Shown here: in pieces, positions 45,739-56,298 of the stretch
How the letters are laid out: each line of letters opens with the position of its first letter
Position numbering within the stretch: position 1 is the stretch's first letter
Source: Adineta vaga
Taxonomy: Eukaryota > Animalia > Rotifera
Reading direction: 5' to 3'
NCBI GenBank assembly: GCA_021613535.1
Contig: CP075496.1
Coordinates: 12,524,001-12,588,000 of the forward strand
Length of the DNA: 64,000 bases
Notes under the pieces: model-generated
Database searches by the model: none
Seen by the model: the letters and a program-made list of their open reading frames with translations, nothing else
What the model was told of the DNA's origin: nothing
Position numbers and translations under genes: made by a program

Positions 45739-46599
45739 ATGAGTTTACCGTTAGCTGTACTCGTTATTATTGCACATCCTGATGATGAAACTCTTTTTGC
45801 TGGTTTTCTCCATGCACTTACACAGAAAATTCATGCAATTGTTGATCTTGTTTGTGTAACAAATGGTGAAGGTGGTTATCGACATTCTGCTCCATCAGCA
45901 TATCTATACGACAATTTAGAATTATCAAGAGAAATTATAGGACGACAACATTTACCTCGTATACGTAAACAAGAATTACTTGCTAGTGGAAGAATATTAG
46001 GTATTCGAAAATACTTTTTCTATGATCAAATTGATTTAAAATATGATCGCAATGTTGATGTTGTTTTTACTGAACAATGGAATAAAGAAGAGATGATTCA
46101 ACGATTTGAACAAACAATTCGAACTGGAAATGGTAATGATGGTTATGATATAATGCTTGTTATGTTACCAAGTATGAATTCACATGGTCATCATACTGCG
46201 TCAGGTCTTCTGGGATTAGAAACAATTAAACGTCTTCGAAATAAGAATATTTCTCATTTAAAACTACCAACTATAATTGGTGCATCTGAATTTGTTGTTA
46301 ATGAAACGCCAACATATCCATCAAATCAATTAGCAGATATTTGTTCAAAACTACCAAATGAATTTCGTTTCAATCGTAGATGGAAATTAAGTAAAACTAC
46401 TGATATGTTCGATTATCAAACAATAGTGATGTGGACATGTAGTGAACATAAATCTCAAGGTGGTCTTATAACTGAAACATTGACAACATATGCTCGAAAT
46501 TATGAACAATACTTTTATTTTTCTCTCAATGAAGATTTGATACGTTTTCAGTTGATTGAAAATCTCTTCAAACAACTGAATGATATTCATCAATATTAG
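45739..46599 (+). CDS. PIG-L/LmbE-family zinc-dependent deacetylase, intronless, bacterial-type
   Basis: AHPDDE, VTNGEGG, PRIRKQEL, HGHH and EHKSQG motifs; 286 codons without an intron. Confidence 0.88.
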   Translation: MSLPLAVLVIIAHPDDETLFAGFLHALTQKIHAIVDLVCVTNGEGGYRHSAPSAYLYDNLELSREIIGRQHLPRIRKQELLASGRILGIRKYFFYDQIDLKYDRNVDVVFTEQWNKEEMIQRFEQTIRTGNGNDGYDIMLVMLPSMNSHGHHTASGLLGLETIKRLRNKNISHLKLPTIIGASEFVVNETPTYPSNQLADICSKLPNEFRFNRRWKLSKTTDMFDYQTIVMWTCSEHKSQGGLITETLTTYARNYEQYFYFSLNEDLIRFQLIENLFKQLNDIHQY

Positions 46600-47126
46600 A
46601 TTGAAATTGTGTTCGTTTGGTTGTATAAAAATGCTAATAGAATTCATGATGCGGAAGTCATTTCCTTTCTTTTCATCTTCTATTTTTTATCTTCTCTATG
46701 CCGACAACAAACAGAGACTAAACTCATAGGTTTGAACTCATTGAACATTTTAAAATTTCTCGTCTTTTTTTTATTCTTTTGAATCGAGATTGTTTATGGT
46801 AATAATTATTAGTAGCGTTTTTTTCTCAACTACATAGGCAAATTATCATGCCTGGTATGATTACTACGAGGGCAATAATAATAATAATAATATAAAGTCT
46901 TTCCTGCGTGACATCTGTTAATGTTAAACTATTCATGATAGAGAAAAAAAAGAACTATGTGATTTTGAGTAAGCAACAAAACAGTATTTAACTGCAAAAG
47001 AGAATATGGAAAAGGTTCCAGACAATTTTCTTCTTCTTATTTTTGAAGAATAAGTCCGTTAATCAAAGATGATCTATGACTTTCTTCTTCTTCATTGTCC
47101 TTTTCTTTCTTCAGTTCATATTCATC

Positions 47127-47149
47127 TATATATATATATATATATATAT
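47127..47149. repeat. (TA)n microsatellite
   Basis: Seen directly. Confidence 0.85.
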
Positions 47150-47674
47150 GGAACTAGTTCACTGCATTACTAATGATTCTACCTTTATTTTGTTCGTTTC
47201 TTTCTTCCTATTGTTTCGATGAAGTATTCCACTGAGAACTAATCACTATGTGTTTTCTTTTTATTTTTTCTCTCGCTGATTCTCTTTTTCTTATTTGCAA
47301 CATCACTTATGTTTTTCTCTGTTAGCTTCGCTTGATTCGCGTTCAATGTGGTTATTATTTTCTACTTGTCTAGAATGAGGAAGTCATCGAGATATTCGAA
47401 GAGCAGCAAAGAAGAAGTGTCATATTCTTTGAGATTATCAAAGACCATTAACAGATGATGCCGTCTAACGATTGTTGTTTTCTTTAGTTCTTTCGTCATT
47501 TCTGATAAGGTTTTGTTTAATAATTGATAAAACTTCGACATGAAAGATGTGATCTTTGTTAGTTAGAAGAAGCAAAAAACATTTGTGGATTAGAATGAAT
47601 AATATCTTATCTATTTATTTGTTTCATATTTGAATACTTTAGATCAGAAGTACACAAGAATCTCTCTAGCAAAA

Positions 47675-48028
47675 ATGAGCATCCAAATTTCAATGTTCTT
47701 TTGTGTATGTATTGCTGTAGCTGTTCCATTAGTGGTCTTGGCTACATCGAATCATCAAGTACAAGATTATATGAGTGAAAATGTGAACGACGGTATCAAT
47801 CGATTTGAAGAATCGCATCATCGTCGCCAACAGCCTCATCAATCCCTTATTCAAGACGATGATTCCAACGACAATGATCACTTTATTTTAAAGAAAGCAG
47901 CCGATTTTGAACAAATTTTAAAACCATGTAACAAATTACCCGCTAGTGGTCGTGGTCAAGAATATGCTGATTGTGTTCGCAATCGTATGTTATTGATGGG
48001 CAGACGAAAACGTCGTCAAGCAATCTAA
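47675..48028 (+). CDS. Secreted neuropeptide/hormone-like precursor
   Basis: Signal peptide MSIQISMFFCVCIAVAVPLVVLA, acidic pro-region, KK site, two-Cys peptide ending LLM-G-RRKRR (amidation signal). Confidence 0.7.
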   Translation: MSIQISMFFCVCIAVAVPLVVLATSNHQVQDYMSENVNDGINRFEESHHRRQQPHQSLIQDDDSNDNDHFILKKAADFEQILKPCNKLPASGRGQEYADCVRNRMLLMGRRKRRQAI

Positions 48029-49562
48029 GATGAATCTTTTTTTCAACATCAGATCTACACACTAGTCGCGAATATTACGGTGTATATTCTTTATCACACA
48101 TAATCAGTTTACTTTTCTCTACCTCTTTCTCTCTGATTCTCATACATTTTTTCTTTTCGATTCCGGTTACTTTTTTTGGCTGTTCGGTAAACAGATGTCA
48201 ATTGAAGTCATAAATAAAGGACGAGCAAATAACTTGAAATTCTTTTTTGAAATTTTCACGAAATCAAATTTGTCATCGTGTTCTCAACAAAAACGAGAGA
48301 GAAGTTTTGGGTCTATTGATGAATAGATGTATATGAATACCATAATAAATAGTCTTAGTTTTTCTGACTTATTTTTTGAAATATCAGTCAGCCACATAAC
48401 AATTGCGTTCTTCTTTTTCTCTTGCAAATTATTGTGTCGATCTTTGACTTGAATTAGACGATGCATGCATCTATGTAATCAGAGTATTTAACTGTTATTT
48501 GAAGAAAATTAATGTCATTTGAGACACTCATTTGTTAGACTAGTTAGATATCTTTTCCAGTTGCAAGAAAATCATAATTTTAGAATTTGTTCAAGTTGTT
48601 ATTTGATTCGAATTCAATTTTCTTTACGCTCTTCATATTCTGATAGCATGTTATGTCGACAAAAACATTTCTAATCATACAAAAGGAAATGAATAAGAAA
48701 AGCTATTTCGAAGGTAATTAGAAGCACAAAGAAAGAGAACAAAGTCAAAAGACAAATATGGAAAATAATTCATTGTTTTCCCAATTGATTAATCAATGTA
48801 GATTGTGACAAGTGAATACATTGCTTGTTGAGAAGTCTTTGTCTGAATTATACAAAAATATTCTTCTCGTGGGTTTCTACTAAAGTTATTCCTGTAATAA
48901 AAAATTTCAATTTAATGATCAAATACCGTCTGCAGAAACAAAGACAATCATGATAGATTTCATCTAAAGAAGTTTTGTACCAAAGAGATTATTCAATAAG
49001 ATGATTATTGAAAATATTCAGATCGTTTTATAATATTATCAAATTGATAGATTGATTTAATATTCTAATGGAAGAATGACGTCGATATACAGATGAATAA
49101 ACTTTCGATTCATTGTAAAGAGATAATATATTTCATAGTTAATTGATGTCGACAGATTCTTCGTGAATAATACTGAACATTCTTGACTGATCATATGAGA
49201 TCAACTCTGTCTACCTATGACTCAAATCTATCATAGAGCAATCAATAGAGATTTGTATATTTGTGTTCTTATATAAACAAAAACATATATAAGGTTCAGT
49301 TTCTATTGATGGTACTGATTGTATTATATATTTCATTTAGAACTATCTGAATAATTCTCGCTTTTAAATTTATCAAATCCAAAGGAAATTAGTATCTTTT
49401 TTTAAAAGCAATAGTAGTATGTAAACTATGTATGTTTCAATATCATTACCATGCAGTTGTTATATTTTGAATTTATTTCAAAAAATTAAAATCTTTCTTT
49501 CGTTTAGTACGCATAAACAAATGAGTTTTATTTAGCGAGAACTAACTCAATTTTGTGCAAAA

Positions 49563-50855
49563 TTAACCAAGGTTAACACCATCGGTACCTAAAGTAGCTA
49601 GCCATCCAGCAGCAGTAAGAGCACCGTCTATTAAAAAAAAGAAGAATGATGTCGAAGAAATGTTTGAAATTATGTTCTAACTTTGAACAAAATTTTCAAG
49701 TGGAACTTGGAAAATATTGTTCCAAACACCTGCTAAACCACCGAGAACAGCTCCACCAACTGTGCTGAGGATACCACGTAATTCTTCTTCACGACCACTT
49801 AAGTCAATTACATCCCGTTTGCCAAGAAGACCAGATAAATTAACACCGTTTGTTCCAATACCGGCAAGAGCTTGAGCTAACATTAAAGCACCACCTAAAA
49901 CAAATTGAAAGAAATGTTTTTTTTTCAATAGAGTATGTCAGATAATACGAAAATTACCAGCAAGAGCATCTTCTAATGGTTTTTGAATAACGTTGCTGAA
50001 TACTTCACTGACAGCTTGACCTAATGAATCCAAGAATCCGCGCATTTCTTCTTCTGTTAAATCACGTTTGCCAATACCAAGATTAATACCATTAGAACCA
50101 ATACCAGCTAATACTTGAGCAGCCAAGAGTGAAATACCTGAAAGTGCATTTTCAAGAGGTGGTTTGAGAGCATCATTCCATAATCCACTGAAGAATCCGC
50201 GCATTTCTTCTTCTGTTAAATCACGTTTGCCAATACCAAGATTAACACCATTGGAACCAATACCAGCTAATACTTGAGCAGCCAAGAGTGAAATACCTGA
50301 AAGTGCGTTTTCAAGAGGTGGTCTGAGAGCATCATTCCATAATCCACTGAAGAATCCGCGCATTTCTTCTTCTGTTAAATCACGTTTGCCAATACCAAGA
50401 TTAACACCATTAGAACCAATACCAGCTAATACTTGAGCAGCCAAGAGTGAAATACCTGAAAGTGCGTTTTCAAGAGGTGGTCTGAGAGCATCATTCCATA
50501 ATCCACTGAAGAAACCACGAAGTTGTTCATCAGATGGATGCAATATGCGACCATCAGCAGCATGGATGCCATTGTGAGAAATACCAACGAAAATTTGAGC
50601 TGCCACAAGTGCCAAATCTGAAATAAAGACGAAACTATTTCATAGTAAAATGATGGGAAAGTTGAATTATTTGCTTAGTATACTTGTAACAATACTACTG
50701 AGTGGTACAGTGATCGTTTCAGTGTATAAGTCAGTAATTAATTTGACAGTACGAGAATCAAGTTCACTGGAACGTTTAGCTGCATGTGAAAGATCAAGTC
50801 CATATGCAGATATAGCTAAACCAATAAGTACTGCGATAATCATTTGTTGATGCAT
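49563..50855 (-). CDS. Secreted tandem-repeat polyprotein precursor of amphipathic amidated peptides, 4 coding exons
   Basis: Signal peptide; repeated peptide-GKR-DLTEEEMR units; three phase-1 introns; terminal Gly-stop. Confidence 0.85.
50039..50517 (-). repeat. Three near-identical 159-bp (53-codon) tandem coding repeats
   Basis: cgcatttcttcttctg recurs at 50041, 50200 and 50359. Confidence 0.95.
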
Positions 50856-50954
50856 ACTTGCTAAAGAGAGGAAAATCAAAAGAGATTTCATCAACATTCA
50901 AATCGAGTAATAGATTTCTTACCGTTTGAAGCTGAAATTTAGTCGAAAGACTCT

Positions 50955-50987
50955 ACTGAAATTATTTCGTTTACGACTCTTTTTATA
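50955..50987 (-). promoter_or_regulatory. TATA box plus Initiator core promoter of the polyprotein gene
   Basis: TATAAAAAG starting at 50987 and TCAGT Inr at 50959-50955, ~30 nt apart, followed by a 5'-UTR intron (~50922-50863). Confidence 0.65.
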
Positions 50988-51201
50988 TAATAAGGTGATC
51001 GAAAACAAACGGCGTATTGTATTTGGACATCTGCTAATATTCACATTGGATTAAAACAATGCATACAACTCATTGCAAACAATATATTATGGTCCCATAA
51101 ATATTTATCGATAAAAAGCTGTACTATCTCTTCTGAAAAATCAGACAGATGACATATAATTTTGATGTACCTTCATGGTGGGTACTAGTTCTATGTATAG
51201 T

Positions 51202-51672
51202 TTATTGTGTGATAAATCTATGTAAAAGATAACGCACAAGCCATGCCAAATAACCAGCTTGTACAGCAAATAATATTAAACCAAAAAATGATAAAATAAA
51301 TGCTATATTAAATAAGATTTTTGCACGAGTTAGTTGATTTTTTTGTGCAGCTAATTGAGCAAAAATAGTCACAAGAAAGGATGGTATAGTACATATCCAA
51401 CATCCAAAGATACATACACTATGCAGTATACATGTGTATTTATTTGTATAGACAAGTTGACGTTCAGTTTCAAATAAAAAAATTCCACCATGATCCCTTT
51501 CATCAACTATATTGATCATCGAATCCATTGGATATATCGGTTGCAATGGTGATATAGGTGATATAGGTAGTTTACTCGTTGTATTAGGTAAAGATAATGA
51601 TGACATCGATGAAGAAGATTGCATGGATTTAGATAGAAAAGAAGTGTCGTTTGGCGCTATGTGTTCGTTCAT
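51202..51672 (-). CDS. CD225/dispanin-like membrane protein, single exon
   Basis: Ser/Pro-rich N-terminus then CIFGCWICTIPSFLVTIFAQ..KNQLTRAKILFNIAFILSFFGL two-hydrophobic-segment pattern. Confidence 0.5.
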   Translation of the reverse strand: MNEHIAPNDTSFLSKSMQSSSSMSSLSLPNTTSKLPISPISPLQPIYPMDSMINIVDERDHGGIFLFETERQLVYTNKYTCILHSVCIFGCWICTIPSFLVTIFAQLAAQKNQLTRAKILFNIAFILSFFGLILFAVQAGYLAWLVRYLLHRFITQ

Positions 51673-52068
51673 TAATGATAAATGTCGGATACTTGAATGT
51701 CTTTTATTAATCAAATTGAGATGATAGTTAACTATCTGGAAAATATATGTTTATCTTCTTATTGAGACAAAGCTGAATGAAGTACTTTTAATGAATATGA
51801 ATGTAATTGTAAGACTATATATGGAAGTAGTTTAACATTATTAATCAAATTCATATGATTATAAAATAAATAAGAAAAAACGTTATAACATCGAAAAGTG
51901 ATTCTCAACGTTGAATTCATCGGAGTATAAACGAACTACTCACATTTGTCACATGTTATTTTTCATTCATAAAAAGTAATTTATGTTGCAACTAGTATAT
52001 TTAGATGACTAGTATTATGAGAGAAAACGTTAGATAATTTCAGTTTATTCTTTGTTATATGATTAACA

Positions 52069-52921
52069 TTATCGTGGACTTAATTGATTGTGAACCCATG
52101 TGATACCACGCGTCTTTTCTCTGGGTGGTCTACATATTAAACATCTGCAATCGATATGTAGTCGTGGTGGCAATTTGTACTCTTCTGGTTTTTTCAAAAT
52201 TTTGTAATATCTCCGTTGTGATTCATACCATTTCGGTTGTATATAATGATATTCAGGTGTCCGCCATATTTTGGTGCATGAACTGAACCAGCTGGTAAAT
52301 ACCACCAACGAGGATCGTGTGTTTCAAGAACTCTATGTATATGACTATGATGATCATGCTGTTGCTGATGATGCTGATGACCACCATGATGATGCTGATG
52401 ACCACCATGATGATGCTCAGATGGCTGATGTTCATGATGATGCTGATGACCACCATGATGATGTTCTAATGGCTCGTGCTCATGATGAACATGATTCATT
52501 GGAGGAAGAGAAGAATGTCCTGAATGGTGATGATGATGAGAATGTTGATGGCCAACTGAAAGACGTGAGGAATGATCAGGATAATGATCATTCTGAGAAT
52601 TATTATTCGTTTTATGATGATGATGTTGAGAAATTGGTGGTAAATGATCTTGTCCATGATGATTACCATTCGTATGAGGAGCTCCTGTAGGAAGTTGTAT
52701 TGATTCATCAACATCAACTATTAGCAATTACACAACATAGATTTTATATTTTTACATCTATTTAGGAAAATATACAACTTACCAGCACCCGTTGGCACCA
52801 TTGGTGTCATCGCCGGCCAAGGATTTGCTGTTGGATCATAATCATCATCGGGCACTAATTGCATCGTTTCACTAGGCTTTTTATTTCCTCGGCCAGCAAG
52901 CCCCTTCTTCTTTGATGGCAT
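52069..52921 (-). CDS. Histidine-rich uncharacterised protein, 2 exons, probable frameshift near 52260
   Basis: Exon 1 MPSKKK...TGA, exon 2 with HHHGGHQHHH repeats; C-terminus either ends at 52194 or continues in another frame to 52069. Confidence 0.6.
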
Positions 52922-53520
52922 CTTCTCTATGGACTGTTTAACTGAAGAATTCTCCTACTTTTATTTCTCAATTTTATTTGTACAACCAAAATAAAGCAAA
53001 TAATCACTCGTATATTAAGATCAGGTTTGCTCTGTCATTCATTCGTTTAATTTTGTTCTGTATTTTTTTCTTTTTAAGAAGGTAAAAAGTGTCGCATGTA
53101 TATGTTTTCATTTTTCTTCTTTCACGAAACGAAACATAACACTTGACAACCACCACATGGCTTCAGCATCGTCAAAACATCTTTAAACTTTATTATCAAA
53201 AGACAAAAATATTTTTCTACAATAGTAGATTTTATTGACAATGTCTAATTTGATTATTCATCTTATCATCAGACAGAAAAGATGACAAAAAGAAGAAACA
53301 TGTCACGCGTGTGAAAGATCTACTTTTGAACCGACTGAACTTCTTTGACAAATTTCATTTGTGTACATAGTTTAGAATCATCTCCAATAATCAATAGAAG
53401 CTGATGAATATTCTTTCTAAAGGAACTTGCACATGTTTTTATCCATTCATGATTGATTATAACATAGTTTTTACTCGACAGCAATCGATAGTATTTTCCC
53501 ATGGGATAATTATGAAGCTA

Positions 53521-53542
53521 TAGATAGATAGATAGATAGATA
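53521..53542. repeat. (TAGA)n microsatellite
   Basis: Seen directly. Confidence 0.85.
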
Positions 53543-54416
53543 TAATTTTGTAAAAAAGTAACAATTGCATGGTAAAAATAGCGTAGCAATTATTCGATTT
53601 TAAACTTGCTAGAAATTATTTTTTTCTTTTCATATTTCACTATCTATCGGAAATAATTATGTAACGACTCAGATTTCAAATCTAATTATCATCATATACT
53701 GTTTATTAGCTGATATTACTTTTTAATTTCCATACAGATCATTTATCATTTTTCTAAAAACAGATGTCATAGGTCGTTCCTAATCTCTTGATCATTGAAA
53801 TACATAAATCAATAAAAAATGATGATTGTATTTAATCATTGTTAATGTCATTCTATTCTCTCTAAGGATTATACTTACCAGGAAAATCTCGTATTATAAA
53901 TATTTTACCTAGCTTTAATGTTGTTTTATTATTCCTAACATTATCATTATTGGCGTACATACGCATTGACGTCATTGATTATCTATTTTATCATATAATG
54001 AAATTTTGATCTAGATCAAAAATTCTCGATTTGTATTTCCTTGTTAAAAGCAAAGTAAGAAATTTAACTTAATACAATGTGTTTTTTCTTCTTTGCTAAC
54101 AAGATCCTGTTATTAATTAAATACTACCGGTTTATTATGAATCTCTTAATCTACCAAAATAGAAACAAAACATACTCATGTCATGAGTATAGTAGTGTTC
54201 TATTATGATTTAAGCAATTAGTTTAAAGATTGAGTATTACAAAAAAAAGAAGTTTTTTGTAAGACAATGTGTATATATATATATACATAGATAGATACAA
54301 ACATACATATATATTTGCCAATTTTTGAGCAAATATTCAACAAAAACAACATCGGAAAAAGAAAGTTTTAATATATAGTTTTCAAAAAAGAAAATCGATT
54401 TTGTTTCTTTATATTA

Positions 54417-56298
54417 TTAACGACGACCAAATAAATTTTTAAACCAACCAAAATAAGATTCGGTTAATGACACTGGTTTTGTATTGTTTTGATCAGCATT
54501 ACATTCCTCTTCTCGTATTGTTAGTTCATGTTGTTGATTGTTAGGACGTGTATTGGCAGTTAAACTCATTGCTAAATCATGTTCATGATCATAAGATAAT
54601 CGTTGTTTTCTGAAACGTCGTATTGGTGAAAGTGATACAATCGATGTTTTAGCTGATAATGTTGCTCCACTGCTATGACGTTTTGTTGAATCTTTACAAA
54701 TTTTACCATTGGAATTTTCATCAACAGATAAATGAGTTTTACTTTTCACGATACTTTTCTCTTGATCTTTCGTATGTTTATCATGTTTGGAAATTAATTG
54801 TTTCAATTGTTGTTGATCATTTCGAATTAAACTTGTTCGTGTTGGTGAGGATAATTTTGTAAACATACAACAATAATTTCGAGTAAATTCTGAACGAAAT
54901 TTTGTACCATAAACAATAAACATAATGAATGTTGTAGCAGCACTTATCGTTGCACAAAGATTTGCAATGGAATGAAATTTTCGTAAAGGAAATGGAGGTT
55001 TTTCATTAACAAACATCTTTGCACTGATTAACCACAAAACAGACACAATTGCACATGGTGAACGAAATACTAGAAGTGTAATTGTTGTTGCTAATAACAT
55101 GATTGTTACACCTAGAAATAAATCAATCCATCAAATATCTTTTTGATGTATCCTTATTATCTGAATCTGTTTGATGAAGAAAACTTCAAACATGTTCTCA
55201 GCTATACCTTAGAGAAATGATTACTCAAGCTTAGTACATAATCTATCGTAAGAAATAGTTGTAAAGAGAAAAATTTATCTTTGAAATCTTTTCTAAAGAA
55301 AAAAAAAGATTAAAAAGAACTAGTCTTATTTGCTAGAATTTTCTGGATTCTGATAACAAATTCATTGAAAAAGAGTGTAATATAAATTATGTATATTTTA
55401 CCCTGTTTTGTGGGTAATGGAGCATTATATTCAGCTGAACGTTGTTCTAATACACGTATAGCACTAAGCAATTTTCGATTAAGTATTACCATAATTGTGA
55501 TTGGAATGACATAAACAGCAAGAGCATTAATAACTGCATAGATCCATCGAAAAATTGAATTTTTTCCTACAGAACTTAATTTATGTCGATAGAATTTTTT
55601 ATTATGATTAACAAGAAGAATTTCGGATAACGCTGTTTCTTCATGTGGTTCATATTCATAGAAAAGTGGAGCTGCATAAAACATGGCAACAATATAAAGA
55701 ATCACCGTTACACGTCGAGCATTTTTAATTGTACAATAAAGTGGACCAACAAATGGACGACAGATCACTGCAAAAAAACATTTTCGAATGAAACAAAGAA
55801 CAAACAAACAAGAAAACTGAACATACTAATCCATCGATCAATTGTAAATGCTACACATAGCCAAACACTAAGAGCACGAGCAGTTGTACTAATTGCACCT
55901 AAATGAAAAAGACGTGAACATTTTTCTGACTAATGATTTCGACGTGCTATACCTGCAATAACGAGTATTTTTGTGTAAGTATACGTTCGGGGTAATTCAA
56001 AGTCGGGTACTTCAACAGGATATGCATCTAATATATAACCAGGTATAAGAAATAGACAAGCTGTAAAATCACTTAAACATAAACCAGCTAAATAGACATA
56101 AGTCGAAAGACGCATGGTTCGTCGAATAAGAATAGAAAAACTCAATGCATTACTAACAGTTCCAAGTAAACATATGCATAGACCAAATACACCATTAACA
56201 TAATGATCAAATGGATCGCGTGAAAATGATTTACGAAATGATTCATATAATGCGGCATTATCAATAACTAAATCATCAATAGTTACATTCGATGTCAT
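54417..56298 (-). CDS. Class A peptide GPCR (FMRFamide-receptor-like group), 4 exons
   Basis: GTVSNALS (TM1), STYVYLAGLCLSD (TM2), FTIDRWI.ICRP (DRY-like), YVIPITIMVILN (TM5), FRSP (TM6), FIVYGTKFR (TM7/H8). Confidence 0.85.

Noticed and set aside
50039-50517. Tandem repeats as a possible CRISPR array
   Set aside because: In-frame 159-bp coding repeats without unique spacers, in a eukaryotic gene
52271-52690. Asp/His-rich 139-aa ORF on + strand
   Set aside because: Antisense shadow of the His-rich CAT/CAC repeats on the minus strand; GTG start, no independent support
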